DNA of 32,000 bases, taken from the NCBI GenBank assembly GCA_036689225.1, contig CP144768.1, positions 95,306-127,305 on the forward strand, given 5' to 3'. The notes under the pieces are model-generated. The model was not told the origin of the DNA and made no database searches. It saw nothing but the letters and a program-made list of their open reading frames with translations. Source of the DNA: Candidatus Saccharimonadota bacterium. GTDB taxonomy: Bacteria; Pseudomonadota; Gammaproteobacteria; Enterobacterales; Enterobacteriaceae. The position numbers and the translations under genes are program-made. Each line of letters opens with the position of its first letter. The stretch's first letter is position 1. Shown here piece by piece: positions 1 to 12,352 of the stretch.

Positions 1-813
1 GATGTTAATATTAATATTCCTTCATTAGGAATAGAAATAATGTCTCCTCCTGGTATGGAAGATATGACTAATCAATTACAATCTATTTTTCGTAATTTGA
101 GTAGTAAAAAAAAAAAAATACATAAATTAAAAATAAAAGATGCTATGAATTTACTTATTGAAGAAGAATCATCTAAATTAGTTAATTTTGATGATGTTAA
201 ACGTAGAGCTATTGATTTAGTAGAACAACAAGGTATTGTTTTTATTGATGAAATTGATAAAGTTTGTAAAAGAGGAGAAATTAGTGATTCTGGTGTATCT
301 AGAGAAGGAGTTCAAAGAGATTTATTACCTTTAATAGAAGGTTGTACAGTATCTACTAAATATGGTGTTATTAAAACTGATTATATATTATTTATAGCTT
401 CAGGATCTTTTCAATTTTGTAGTCCTTCAGATTTAATACCTGAATTACAAGGTAGATTACCTATTAAAGTAGAATTAAGTGCTTTAACAAATAAAGATTT
501 TGAAAGAATTTTAGTTGAACCAGATATTTCTATTACATCACAATATAAAAATTTATTAAAAGTTGAAGGTGTTAAAATAAGTTTTACTAATGATGGAATA
601 AAGTCTTTAGCTAATATTTCTTGAAAGATTAATGAAAATACAGATAATATAGGTGCTAGAAGATTACATACAGTATTAGAAAAATTAATGGAAGATATAT
701 CTTTTAATGCTAATAAATATAAAAATAAATCAATTTTAATAGATTCTAAATATGTAAATTTAAAATTAAATAATTTAATTATAAGTGAAGATTTAAGTAA
801 ATTTATATTATAA
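1..813 (+). CDS. hslU: ATP-dependent protease ATPase subunit HslU (5'-truncated by window edge)
   Basis: Frame 1 is open from base 1. '[20 protein letters not shown]', '[14 protein letters not shown]', '[23 protein letters not shown]' and C-terminal 'EDLSKFIL*' track E. coli HslU. The TGA at 622-624 falls where E. coli has Trp (AAWQVNE), and the frame continues to TAA at 811-813. Confidence 0.95.
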
Positions 814-841
814 TTATTTATTATTTTTTTTTAATATTATA

Positions 842-886
842 TATATATAATATATATAATATATATAATATATATAATATATATAA
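842..886. repeat. Tandem repeat, 5 perfect copies of the 9-mer TATATATAA
   Basis: Read directly: units at 842-850, 851-859, 860-868, 869-877 and 878-886, just downstream of the hslU stop. Confidence 0.9.
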
Positions 887-955
887 ATTATATTTTAAAA
901 TATTTGGTATTTTTATTTATTTTATATTATATATTTGATAATATATTATATATTT

Positions 956-1231
956 ATGAAATTTAAAAATTGAAATAGAAATATAGCTATAAATATAGCT
1001 TTTAAAGAAAATATTATTTTAAATATATATTATTGAAGAATAATTTTTTATTTTAGATTTTATTATTTAAAAAATAAAATTATTCCTAATACAAGAAATT
1101 TATTAAATTTTTTAAATAAAAGATATAATTATAAATATAATAGTTTATATTTATTTAAATTATTTCCAAAAGGAGTAATAAAACAAATTACTAAAATTTC
1201 TTGTTTACCTAATAATATGCAATGTTTTTAG
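956..1231 (+). CDS. Hypothetical 91-aa protein, visible only under code 4 (two in-frame TGA)
   Basis: ATG at 956, TAG at 1229-1231, with TGA codons at 971-973 and 1034-1036. Translation begins MKFKNWNRNIAINIAFKENIILNIYYWRIIFYF and ends KISCLPNNMQCF. It has the same orientation as its neighbours. I recognise no family, and it could be a gene remnant. Confidence 0.3.
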
Positions 1232-1244
1232 TTAAATATAAATT

Positions 1245-1457
1245 ATGAAAAAAAAAATACATCCTAAAATTTTTAGTTTAAAAATAAGTTGTTCTTGTGG
1301 AAATATAATAAATATTTTATCTACATTAAAAAATAATTTTTTTGTAGATGTTTGTTATAAATGTCATTCTTATTATACAGGAAAACAAAAAACTTCCTTT
1401 TCTAAAGGAAGAATAGAAAATTTAAAAAAAAGATTTAATAATATAAATTATATATAG
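1245..1457 (+). CDS. rpmE: 50S ribosomal protein L31
   Basis: The 70-aa product 'MKKKIHPK...SCSCGN...DVCYKCHSYYTGKQK...GRIENLKKRFN' matches the L31 Cys motif and the E. coli RpmE layout. Confidence 0.95.
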   Translation: MKKKIHPKIFSLKISCSCGNIINILSTLKNNFFVDVCYKCHSYYTGKQKTSFSKGRIENLKKRFNNINYI

Positions 1458-1494
1458 TATATATTATATATAATATATATATATATATATATAT
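1458..1494. repeat. (TA)n microsatellite / self-complementary spacer between convergent rpmE and murA
   Basis: Read directly: TATATATTATATATAATATATATATATATATATATAT, with an uninterrupted alternating TA run at about 1474-1494. It abuts both stop codons and may act as a bidirectional hairpin terminator. Confidence 0.6.
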
Positions 1495-2753
1495 TAATTT
1501 ATTTTTATATTTAAATTTTTAAATTTTTCTATTATATTTTCATATCCTCTATATACATGATATATAGATTTTATTATTGTTTTACCATATGCAATACATC
1601 CTGCTAGTATTAATGTTATTGAACATCTTAAATCTTTTGCAATTATAGTTTTACCAAAAATTTTTTTTACTCCATAACATATAATTTTATTATTTATATT
1701 TTTTATTTTTGCACCCATTTTTTTTAATTCTTTAATATGTGAAAATCTTTTTTTAAATATATTTTCTATTATAATACTATTTCCTTTAGAAATAGAATTA
1801 AGTAATGTAAATTGTGGTTGCATATCTGTAGGAAAATTTGGATATGGATTAGTAATAATATTTACTGATTTACATCTTTTATTTTTCATATCTAACATTA
1901 TAAAATCATTTTTAATTTTAATTTTTGCTCCAGATAATTTTAATTTATTTATTATACATTTTAATAAATTAGGATTTGTATTATAACAAATTATTTTTCC
2001 TTTTGATATTGCGGATGCTAATAGATATGTTCCTGTTTCTATTCTATCTGGTAATATTTTATATATTATACATGATGATAATTTTTTAATTCCATATATA
2101 ATTATTGTATTTGTTCCTGCTCCATATATATTTGCTCCTGATTTATTTAAAAAATTTATTGTATCTATTATTTCAGGTTCTTTAGAAGAATTTTTTATTA
2201 TAGTTTTTCCTTTTATAAATATTGATGCTAATATACTTGTAATTGTAGCTCCTATACTTTTTTTTTTAAAAAAAATTATATTTGATTTTAATTTTTTATT
2301 TATTTTAGCTTTTATAATATTATTTTTATATTTTATTTTTACTCCTAAACATTTTAATGCATATAAATGTAAATCTATTGGTCTAGAACCTAGATTACAT
2401 CCTCCTGGAGTATTTAAAGTAATTTTTTTACATCTTATTAAAATTGGACTTAATAATCATATAGATGCTCTAATTTTTTTAATTAAATTTAATGGAAAAT
2501 AATTATTATTTATATTTTTTGAGTTTATTATTATAGTATTTTTTTCTCTTATTATTTTTATACCTATTTTTTTAAATAATTTTAAAGTTATATTTATATC
2601 TTCTATATTTGGTATATTTTTTATTGTTATTTCTTCTTTTATTAATAAAGAACTATATAATATTGGTAAAGCTGAATTTTTTGATCCTGATATTTTAACT
2701 TCTCCTTTTATTTTATTTGGTCCTAATATTATAAATTTATTTTTTTTTTTCAT
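1494..2753 (-). CDS. murA: UDP-N-acetylglucosamine 1-carboxyvinyltransferase
   Basis: ORFs 2457..2753 and 1494..1898 plus the sequence between them form one frame of 419 codons, the same length as E. coli MurA. 'GEVKISGSKNSALPIL', 'IRASIW(TGA)ALGPL', 'NPYPNFPTDMQPQFTLLN' and 'YHVYRGYENIIEKFKNLN' are conserved. It ends at TAA. Confidence 0.95.
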
Positions 2754-3516
2754 TATTATTTTTTATTATATTTAATATTTTAATAAAATTTTTTATTTTA
2801 AGTGAATAATTACCTATTAATAATCCATCTATATTTTTTTGTGTTATAATTTTTTTTATATTTTTTATATTTATTGAACCTCCATATAATATTTTAATAT
2901 TTTTAATATTTTTTTTACTTTTTTTATATATATAATTTTTAATATAAATATTTATTTTATTTATATGTTTTATATTTGCTATTTGTCCTGTACCTATAGC
3001 TCATATTGGTTCATAAGCTATTATTATATTTTTAAATATATTAATATTATTTTTTTTTATTATATATTTTATTTGATTTTTACATATTTTTAAACTTTTT
3101 TTATTTTTATAATCTTTTATATTTTCTCCTATACATAATATAGGAATTATTTTATTTTTTTGTGCTAATATAATTTTTTTTAATATAATTTTATTGTTTT
3201 CTTTATGATTTTTTCTTCTTTCTGAATGTCCAATTAATGTATATTTTATTCCAATATCTTGTAACATTATTGGAGATGTTTCTCCTGTATAAGGTCCTAT
3301 TAAATTTTTATCAATATTTTGTGATATTAAATTTATATTTTTATTTTTTTTAATTATTTTTTTTATTTTATATAAATATATTATTGGAGGTGCTATTAAT
3401 ATTAATATTTTATTATTTTTATTATATTTATTATATTTTATTAGTTTTTTAAAATATTTTTTTATAAATTTTAAATTTCCATTTAATTTTCAATTAGCTA
3501 TAATTATTTTTTTCAT
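2737..3516 (-). CDS. tpiA: Triosephosphate isomerase
   Basis: ATG at 3516 gives 'MKKIIIANW(TGA)KLNGN', then 'GPYTGETSPIMLQDIGIKYTLIGHSERR', 'LCIGE', 'AYEPIW(TGA)AIGTGQ' and 'YGGSIN'. My hand translation reaches TAA at 2737-2739, giving 259 aa. The 3' end overlaps the murA start by 17 nt in another frame. Confidence 0.92.
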
Positions 3517-3627
3517 ATTTTATATATTTTTAAATTAATAATATTTATATTATAATTTAATTTATTAAATTATTATAAATATGTTATATTATTATATAAA
3601 TAATTTATAATTTTTATTAAATATAAT

Positions 3628-4554
3628 ATGAAATATAAATCTGCTTTTTTAGATAGTATTAATAATTTTTTAAATATTAAAGAAAATGGAATATATATAG
3701 ATTGTACATTTGGTTGTGGTTATCATTCTCTTAAAATATTAAATTATTTAGGAAAAAAAGGTAAATTATATTCTTTTGATTGCGATTATGATTCTATTAA
3801 AATTGGAAAAAAAATAATTAAAGATAATCGTATAAAATTAATAAATGATAATTTTATTAATTTAGAATATTATATTAAATTATTTAATTTATATAAAAAA
3901 ATTGATGGTATTATTTTTGATTTAGGATTATCTTCTATACAATTGGATAATTCTATCAGAGGTTTTTCTTTTTTAAAAAATGGTCCTTTGGATATGAGAA
4001 TGAATCAAAAATTAGGTTTTCCTTTAAAAATTTGAATTAATAAAGCAAAAGAAAAAAATATTTATAATATAATAAAAAAATATGGACAAGATTATAATTC
4101 TAAAAGAATATCAAAAAATATATTTTTATATTGTAAAAATAAAATTTTAAAAACTACTAATGATTTATCTAATATAGTAAAATATTCTGTAAATAATTAT
4201 AAAGATTATAAAAGTAAAGCTAGAGTTTTTCAAGCTTTTAGAATATTTATTAATAATGAATTATTTAATTTAAAAAATATTTTATATAAATGTTATAAAT
4301 TTTTGTCTAAAAAAGGTAGATTAGTTATAATTAGTTTTAATTCATTAGAAGATAAAATAGTAAAAGAATTTATTAAAATAAAATCAGATAGTAATTATTC
4401 ATTAATTAATAATATACCTTTAACTATTAATCAAATTAATAATTTTAATCCACCTGAATTAATTAATTTAGGTAAATTTAAACCTTTAAAAAAAGATATT
4501 ATTATAAATAATAGAATAAGAAGTGCTATATTAAGAGTTGCAGAAAAAATTTAG
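3628..4554 (+). CDS. rsmH: 16S rRNA (cytosine1402-N4)-methyltransferase RsmH/MraW
   Basis: ORFs 3628..4035 and 4303..4554 share a frame and are joined through TGA at 4033-4035. 'GIYIDCTFGCGYHS', 'DGIIFDLGLSSIQLD', 'RGFSFLKNGPLDMRM', 'RVFQAFRIFINNEL' and 'GRLVIISFNSLEDKIVKEF' match RsmH. Confidence 0.9.
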
Positions 4555-4556
4555 TT

Positions 4557-6086
4557 TTGTTTAATAAGAGGTTTTTTTTGAAAAAAATTAATTTAAAAGA
4601 TATTTTATTTAAATATTTTAATACTGATAATTTTCCTAATATTTATATAAGTGACATAAAACTTGATAGTAGATTAATTAAAAAAAATAATTTATTTATA
4701 GCTATAAAAGGTTATAAATTAAATGGTAGAAATTATATAAATAATGCTATATTAAATGGAGCTATATCAATATTAACTTATTCTAATATAAATAAAAATT
4801 ATTATTTTTTAAATTTAAAATATAATATTTTTATGTTTTTTATTTTTAATTTAAATTATTTTTTATCTGAAATATCTGGCAATTTTTATAATAATCCAAG
4901 TAAAAAAATGTTTTTATTTGGTGTTACAGGAACTAATGGTAAAACAACTGTTGTTAATTTTATTTCTAATTGAATTTATTTATTAGGTTTAAAAAGTTCT
5001 GTTTTAAGTACTATAGGTAATGGTTTATATAATAATTTACATAATTCATTAAATACTACAGATTCTGCTGTTGAAATTCAATATGAATTAAATAATCAAT
5101 ATAATATGGGTTCTAAATTTACTTCTATTGAAGTATCTTCACATTCATTAATTCAACATCGTGTTAGATCATTATATTTTTCTTCTGTTATATTTACTAA
5201 TCTTACTTTAGATCATTTAGATTTTCATAAAAGTTTTAAAAAATATGAATTAGCTAAAAAAAAATTATTTTTTGAATTTGGAGTTAAAAATTTAATTATT
5301 AATATAGATGATCCTATTGGATTTAAATGATTTAGAAAATTATCACATAAATATGTTATTCCTGTAACATTTAATAAAAAATATATTATTTATTTTAAAA
5401 ATAGATGATTATATATTAAAAAAATTATTTCTTTTGGTTTTTTAAGAAAAATTTATTTTGAATCTTATTTAGGTAATGGTATATTAAATATTTTTTTTCC
5501 TGGTAATTTTAATATTATTAATGTTATGTTAAGTTTTACATCTTTATTATCATTAAATTTTAATTTTGATAGTTTATTACGTAAAAGTAAATATTTAAGT
5601 TTACCTAAAGGACGTATGGAGTTTTTTTTTTGTAAAAAAAAACCATTATTTATAGTTGATTTTGCTCATACTCCTGATGCATTAAAAAATATTTTATTAG
5701 AATCTAGAAAATATTGTTTAGGAAAATTATGATGTATTTTTGGTTGTACTGGTGATAGAGATAAAAATAAAAGATTTTTAATGGGATTTATAGCTAAAAA
5801 ATATTCAGATATAGTTGTAATAACTAATGATGATTTATATTCTGAAGATGAAAATTCTATTTTAAAAGATATAAAATTAGGTATATATAATTTTAATAAT
5901 GTTTATATTATATTAAATAGAAAGTTAGCAATTAAATTTTGTATTGAAAATGCTAATTATAATGATGTTATATTAGTAGCGGGTAAAGGTCATGAAAATT
6001 TTCAAATTTTATTAAATAAAAAAATAAAATATTCTGATAGATATTTTATAAAAAAATTATTATTTAAATCTTTATGAAAAAAATAA
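4557..6086 (+). CDS. murE: UDP-MurNAc-L-Ala-D-Glu:meso-DAP ligase
   Basis: Four track ORFs (4557, 5106, 5526, 5781) are all in frame 0 and joined by TGA codons. 'GVTGTNGKTT', 'IEVSSHSLIQHRV', 'FTNLTLDHLDFH', 'KGRMEFF', 'DFAHTPDAL', 'LW(TGA)CIFGCTGDRDKNKR' and 'VAGKGHENFQ' are conserved. Under code 4 the frame passes TGA 6075-6077 to TAA at 6084-6086. The start may be TTG 4557 or TTG 4578, the latter preceded by AAGAGG. Confidence 0.92.
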
Positions 6087-7426
6087 ATTTATTAGATATA
6101 GTTAATATTACTGATGCAATTTTAATAGGTAAAAATATATATATAGAAAATATTTGTATAGATACTAGAAATAAAAAAATTGTTAATTCTTTATTTATAA
6201 TTATCAGAGGTAATTATAATATAGATTTTTTATGTTATGATGCTATTAATAAAGGTGCTGTAGCATTACTTTTAGATTTATATTTATTTAAATATAGTAA
6301 TATACCTCAATTAATTGTTAAAGATACTAAAATATCTTTAGGAAAGATATCAAATTGATTAAGGAAAAAAAGTTCTATTAAAATAATTTGTGTTACAGGA
6401 AGTACAGGAAAAACCTCTGTAAAAGAAATTATTTATAATATTTTAAAACAGTCTAATAATGTATTATATAATATTTTTAATTTTAATAATGATTTAGGTG
6501 TATCTAATACTTTATTAAATTTACAATATTTTAAATATAAGTATGGAATATTAGAATTAGGTAGTAATTCTATTAATGATATTAATTATTTATCTAAAAT
6601 AGTTTTACCTGATATTTCTTGTATTACTAATATTTGTATTTCTCATTTAAAAGGATTTAAATTATTTAATAATATAATAATTGATAAAGGAAAAATATTT
6701 AAATATTTGTGTAAAAATGGTATAGCTATTATAAATAAAAATTATTTTTATTATAATTATTGAAATAAATATTTATTTAATAAAAAAGTTATATTTTATA
6801 ATTTTTTAGATATTTTAAAATGTAATGTATTTATTAATGATTTAAATTTTAGTATTTTTGGTACATATTTTACCTTAAATATTTTAGGATTTAAAAAAAA
6901 AATTTTTATTAAATTATTAGGTATTCATAATATTATAAATATTTTATTATCTGTTATAGTATCTTTATCATTAGAAATAAGTTTTAAAGATATTCAATTA
7001 GGTTTAGAAAGTTTACTACCTATTAAAGGTAGATTATATCCTATTTTTTTAAGTAAAACTAAAATAATTTTAGATGATTCTTATAATTGTAATCCTAGAT
7101 CTTTATATTTTGGTACTTTATTTTTACAAAAATGTAATGGTTATAAATTATTAGTTATTAGTGATATGTTAGAATTAAGTTATATGTCTTTATTTTATCA
7201 TAAATATATGGGTTTAATTATAAAAAATTTATATATTAATAAGATATTAAGTATAGGTAAATATAGTTATTATATTTCTAAATATAGTAAAATAGGAGAA
7301 CATTGTAATAATTTTAATATTTTATTATTTAAAATAAAAAAAATATTAAATTTTTATAATGAAGTTACTATTTTAATTAAAGGATCTAATTTATTTAATA
7401 TGAATAAAATAATTAATTTTTTATAG
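6074..7426 (+). CDS. murF: UDP-MurNAc-tripeptide:D-Ala-D-Ala ligase
   Basis: Frame 2 is continuous from ATG 6074 to TAG 7424-7426, with TGA at 6356 and about 6761, giving 450 aa (E. coli about 452). 'CVTGSTGKTSVKE', 'NNDLGV', 'ELGSNS', 'KGRLYPI', 'LDDSYNCNP' and 'ILIKGSN' match MurF. It overlaps the murE end. Confidence 0.9.
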
Positions 7427-7433
7427 GATAAAT

Positions 7434-8480
7434 ATGATAATTTTTTTTTTAAATTTATTTTTTTTTAATGTTTTTATTCCTTTTTTTTTATCTTTTATTT
7501 TTTCTTTTTTTTTTATAAAATATTTTATATTTTTTTTATGTAATTTAAATGTTTTTCAAAATATTCGTATTTTTATTCCTAAAAATCATTTTTTTAAAAA
7601 AAATATACCTACTATGGGTGGTATATCAATATTATTTTCTTTTTTTTTTATATTTTATATTTTTTTTTATAAAAAATATAATTTTGATATATTAATTTTA
7701 ATTTTATTTTTTGTTTTAAATAGTTTAATAGGATTTTTAGATGATTATTTAAAATGTTTTGTAAAAAATTCTAATGGATTATCTATATTTAATAAATATA
7801 TTTTGCAATCTTTTTTTTCTTTTTTATATATATATTATTTATATTATTATAGTTTTTTAAATATTAATTATTATATTTATTTATTTAAATATAAATTAAA
7901 TATAAGTTATATTTATATTTTATTTTGATATTTTATATTAGTTGGAACTTCTAATTCTGTAAATTTTACTGATGGTTTAGATGGTTTAGTTAGTTTTCCT
8001 TTAATTTTAAATTTTATATTTTTATTAATTGTTTCTGTAAGTGAATATTTTTTAATTTTTAATAATATTATTATTAATTATAATTATTTAATATTTATAA
8101 ATTATTTAATAATATTTATTAGTATAATTTTAGGTTCATTATTATCTTTTTTATATTATAATTTTTATCCTGCTAAAATTTTTTTAGGAGATGTAGGTTC
8201 TTTATCTTTAGGTTTTCTTTTAGCAGCAATTTTTATTTTATTAAATAAAGAATTTATTTTATTTATAAGTGGTTTTGTTTTTTTTATAGAATTTATTTCT
8301 GTTATATTGCAAATTTTTTGATTTAATTTTTTAAATAAAAGAATATTTTTAATGGCTCCATTACATCATCATTATGAATTATTAAATTATAAAGAACAGA
8401 ATATTGTATTTTTTTTTTGATTTTTATCATTTTTTTCATTTTTAATTTCACTATTTATATTTTTTAAATTTTATGTTTAA
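7434..8480 (+). CDS. mraY: Phospho-N-acetylmuramoyl-pentapeptide transferase
   Basis: 'IPTMGGISILFS', 'GFLDDYLK', 'W(TGA)YFILVGTSNSVNFTDGLDGL', 'FLGDVGSLSLG' and 'FLMAPLHHHYEL' are conserved. Frame 0 runs to TAA at 8478-8480 (348 aa). AGGA lies 6 nt upstream of the ATG. Confidence 0.93.
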
Positions 8481-9792
8481 TTATATTAATAAAAATATTG
8501 TTATTTTAGGTGTTGGTTTAACTGGATTATCATGTTTAAATTATTTTCTATCATTAAATATATTTCCTAAATTAATTGATTCTAATAAAATAAGTAATAT
8601 TTCTATTCCTAAAGGAATAAAATGTTGTTTTGGTTATTTAAATGAGAATTGAATATTAAATGCAGATTTAATTATTATTAGTCCTGGTATTAATTCTTAT
8701 AATAAAGTAATTATTAAAGCTAAAAAAATTGGTATAGAAATTATTAATGATATAGAAATATTTTGTAGATTAGTTAATAAACCTATTATTGCTATAACTG
8801 GAACTAATGGTAAAAGTACTGTAGTATCTTTATTATTTAATATTTTTAAATCTTATAATATTAAAGTATCATTAGGTGGAAATATTGGTATTCCAGTACT
8901 TAGTTTATTAAATGATAATAGTGATGTATATATATTAGAAATTTCAAGTTTTCAATTAGAATATATATATTCTTTAAAAGCTTTTTGTTCAGTTATTTTA
9001 AATGTTACATATGATCATATGGATAGATATCCTAATGGATTTCAAGACTATTTTTTTAGTAAATTTAAAATTTTTAATAATTCTAAATATTGTATAATTA
9101 ATTTTAATGAAAAAGAAACTTTATTTAAAAATCTTTTTGATAAAAAAATAATTACTTTTGGATATAATAAAGGAGATTATTATATTAAAAAAAAAAAAAA
9201 TTTTTATTTTTTATATTCATATAATAATTTTTATGTAAGTAATAAATTAATTTATTTAAAAGGTATTTTTAATTATTTAAATATTTTGGTTACTATTTGT
9301 ATTTCTGAAATTTTTAAAATTCCTAAAAATATAGTTTTATATAATTTAATTAATTTTATTGGTTTACCTCATAGATTTTCTATAATTAAAAAAAATAATG
9401 GAATTTTATGAATTAATGATTCTAAATCTACTAATATAGCTAGTACTTTAGCTGCTTTAAATAATTTATCTAATGTTAAAGGTAGAATATGATTAATAAT
9501 GGGAGGAGATAATAAAAATGTTGATTTTAATAAATTTTTAAAACCTAATTTATTATTATATAATAATTTATTTATTTGTTGTTATGGTAAAAGTAAAAAT
9601 ATTATATTTAATTTGATTCCTAAAATTTCTTTTAAATTTAATTTTTTATCTAATGTTATTAAATATATTTTAAATTATTTAAAATATAATGATGTAGTAT
9701 TATTTTCTCCAGGATGTTCTAGTTTAGATCAGTTTGTTAATTATAAAGAAAGAGGTAATGAATTTATAAAATTAGTTAATAAATATAATTAA
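8473..9792 (+). CDS. murD: UDP-MurNAc-L-Ala:D-Glu ligase
   Basis: ATG 8473 overlaps the mraY end. 'IVILGVGLTGLSC', 'AITGTNGKSTV', 'LEISSFQLE', 'ILNVTYDHMDRYP', 'GLPHRF', 'W(TGA)INDSKSTN' and 'FSPGCSSLDQFVNYKERGNEF' match MurD. The product is 439 aa. Confidence 0.93.
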
Positions 9793-9818
9793 AATTTTAA
9801 TTTATATATAATTATAGA

Positions 9819-10859
9819 ATGAATCGTATAATGATTATTACTGGAGGTACTGGAGGTCATATATTTCCTGGTTTAGTTATATCTAAATATTTAAAAAAAA
9901 AAAAATATAAAATAAAATGAATAGGTACTAAAAATGGTTTAGAATCTATTTTAGTTCCTAAAAATAAAATAGATATTGAATATGTATATATTCCTAATAT
10001 TTTAAGTTTTAAAAATATATTTTTATATATAAAATCTATATATATTATTATAAAAAAAATAAAATTGTGAAAACCAAATTTAGTTTTAGGATTTGGTGGT
10101 TATATTTCTTTTTTTGGAATTTTTTCATCTTGATTATGTAATATTCCTACTATTATACATGAACAAAATTCTGTTTTAGGATTATCTAATAGAATTTTAT
10201 ATTATATTGCTACAAAAAGTATTCAAGCATATAAAAATACTTTTCAATCAGATGTTATTATAGTAGGTAATCCTATTAGAGAAGAAATATTATCTATAAA
10301 ACCTCCTAATATTAGATTATTAAATCGTAAAGGTAATATAAATATATTAATAATGGGAGGTAGTCAAGGTTCTGAAATTATTAATAATATTATTTTTAAT
10401 ATTATTAATGTTTTAGATATAAATAAATATTCTTTTTTACATCAAGTTGGAATTTTAAATTATAAAAAAAATATAAAATTAATTAATAGTATTAAAAGAA
10501 AAAATTATGTATGTGTTGATTTTATATATAATATATATAAAGTTTATAATTGAGCTGATTTAATAATATGTAGATCTGGTGCATTAACTGTTAGTGAAAT
10601 TACTAGTATAGGTTTAGCAGCTATATTTATACCATTTGTACATAAAGATAATCATCAATATTTTAATGCAGAATTTTTATATAAAAAAAAAGCTGCTATT
10701 ATAATAAATGAATATGAATTAAATGAAATTTTATTAATTAATATTATATTAAAATTAAATAGAAAAAAATTGTTTAATATGTCTAATTTATCTTATTTAA
10801 ATAGGATTAAAAATCCTAATAAAAAATTTATAAAGGAAATATTTAATATTATTCAATAA
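9819..10859 (+). CDS. murG: UDP-GlcNAc:lipid I N-acetylglucosaminyltransferase
   Basis: '[15 protein letters not shown]', 'W(TGA)IGT', 'GFGGYIS', '[13 protein letters not shown]', 'IMGGSQGS' and 'W(TGA)[16 protein letters not shown]' match MurG. Frame 0 runs to TAA at 10857-10859 (346 aa). Confidence 0.92.
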
Positions 10860-10879
10860 TAATATGAAATTTTATTAAA

Positions 10880-12325
10880 ATGAACAATAATAATTTATTT
10901 TTTGGTATAAATAAAAAAAAATTTGTTATACATTTTATTGGTATTGGAGGTGTTGGTATGTCTTCAATAGCAGAATATATGTTTTTGTCCGGTTATAATA
11001 TAACTGGTTCTGATATATATATAAATGAAAGAACAAATTATTTATCTTCATTAGGAATTAAAGTATATAATTTTCATTCTAAAAATAATATTATAAATTG
11101 TAATTTAATTGTTTATTCTTCTGCTATTAATTGTTTAAATGAAGAAATTGTTTTTTCTAAAATTTATAATATTCCTATTATATCTAGAATTGAAATGTTA
11201 TATGAATTAACAAAATATAGTTATTTAATTACTGTTATTGGTACTCATGGTAAAACTACTGTTACTTCTATGATTTTTGATTTTTTTTTTAATTATGGTA
11301 TAAAAATTAATTGTATAAATGGAGGTAATATAAAGTCTATTAATTCTTATATTTATTTAAGTGATAGTAAATATTTTTTAATTGAATTAGATGAAAGTGA
11401 TAATTTATTTAATTTATTTAAACCTACTATAGTAGTTTTAACTAATATAGATTCTGATCATTTAAATAATTATAATAATAATATTAATAATTTAATTAAT
11501 TCTTTTTTAATTTATATTAAAAATATTCCATTTTATGGTTATCTTATAACTTGTTTAGATAATAATAATATTAAATTTATTTTAAAAAATAATTTTTTAA
11601 AATGTAAAATTATTACTTATGGTTTTAATAAAGATTCTGATTTTTTAATTAAAAATTTAATACAAAAAAAAAATACATGTAATTTTGATTTATGTATTAA
11701 TAAAAAAAAAATATATAATTTAAATATAAATATATTTGGTAAATATAATATTTTAAATGTTGTTTCTTGTATAACTTTATTTAATCAGTTTTATAAAATA
11801 AATTTATTAGATATTCAAAAATTTTTATATTTTTTAAAAGGTGTTAGTAGAAGATCTGAAATAATTGGTGAATTTTCTTTTTCATATAAAAATAAATTTT
11901 ATAATAATATATTATTTATATCTGATTATGGTCATCATCCTACTGAAATAAAATATATATTAAAATCTTTAAAAGAATCTTGAAATAGAAGAATAATAAT
12001 GATATTTCAACCTCATAGATTTAGTAGAACTAAAATGTTATTAAATTATTTTGCTAATGTTTTATATAAAGTTAATATTTTATTATTATTAAATATTTAT
12101 TCAGCTTTTGAAAGTAATAATAATTATAATATTAGTAGTAATAAATTATTTTCATTAATGTATGATTTATATAATTATAAAAATTGTATTTTAATTAATA
12201 ATGATAATGAAATTTTTGAATATTTATTAAATATTATTATTGATAATGATATTATTATATTTCAAGGAGCTGGTAAAGTTAATTTTATTTTATCAGATTT
12301 TATTTCAAATTATATAAATAATTAA
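10880..12325 (+). CDS. murC: UDP-N-acetylmuramate:L-alanine ligase
   Basis: ORFs 10880..11983 and 11999..12325 share frame 2 and are joined by TGA at 11981. 'HFIGIGGVGMSSIAE', 'GTHGKTTVTSM', 'DESD', 'LTNIDSDHL', 'DYGHHPTEI' and 'W(TGA)NRRIIMIFQPHRFSRT' match MurC. The product is 481 aa. Confidence 0.93.
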
Positions 12326-12352
12326 TTTTTATTAAATTTATAATAATTTTAT

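Noticed and set aside
842-886. Regularly spaced short repeats that could be a CRISPR array.
   Set aside because: The units are contiguous 9-mers with no spacers, there are no cas genes, and the sequence is a simple TA microsatellite.
6075-6077. TGA as the murE stop, as in the ORF track (end 6077).
   Set aside because: TGA is a sense codon throughout this window. The frame continues two more codons to TAA at 6084-6086.
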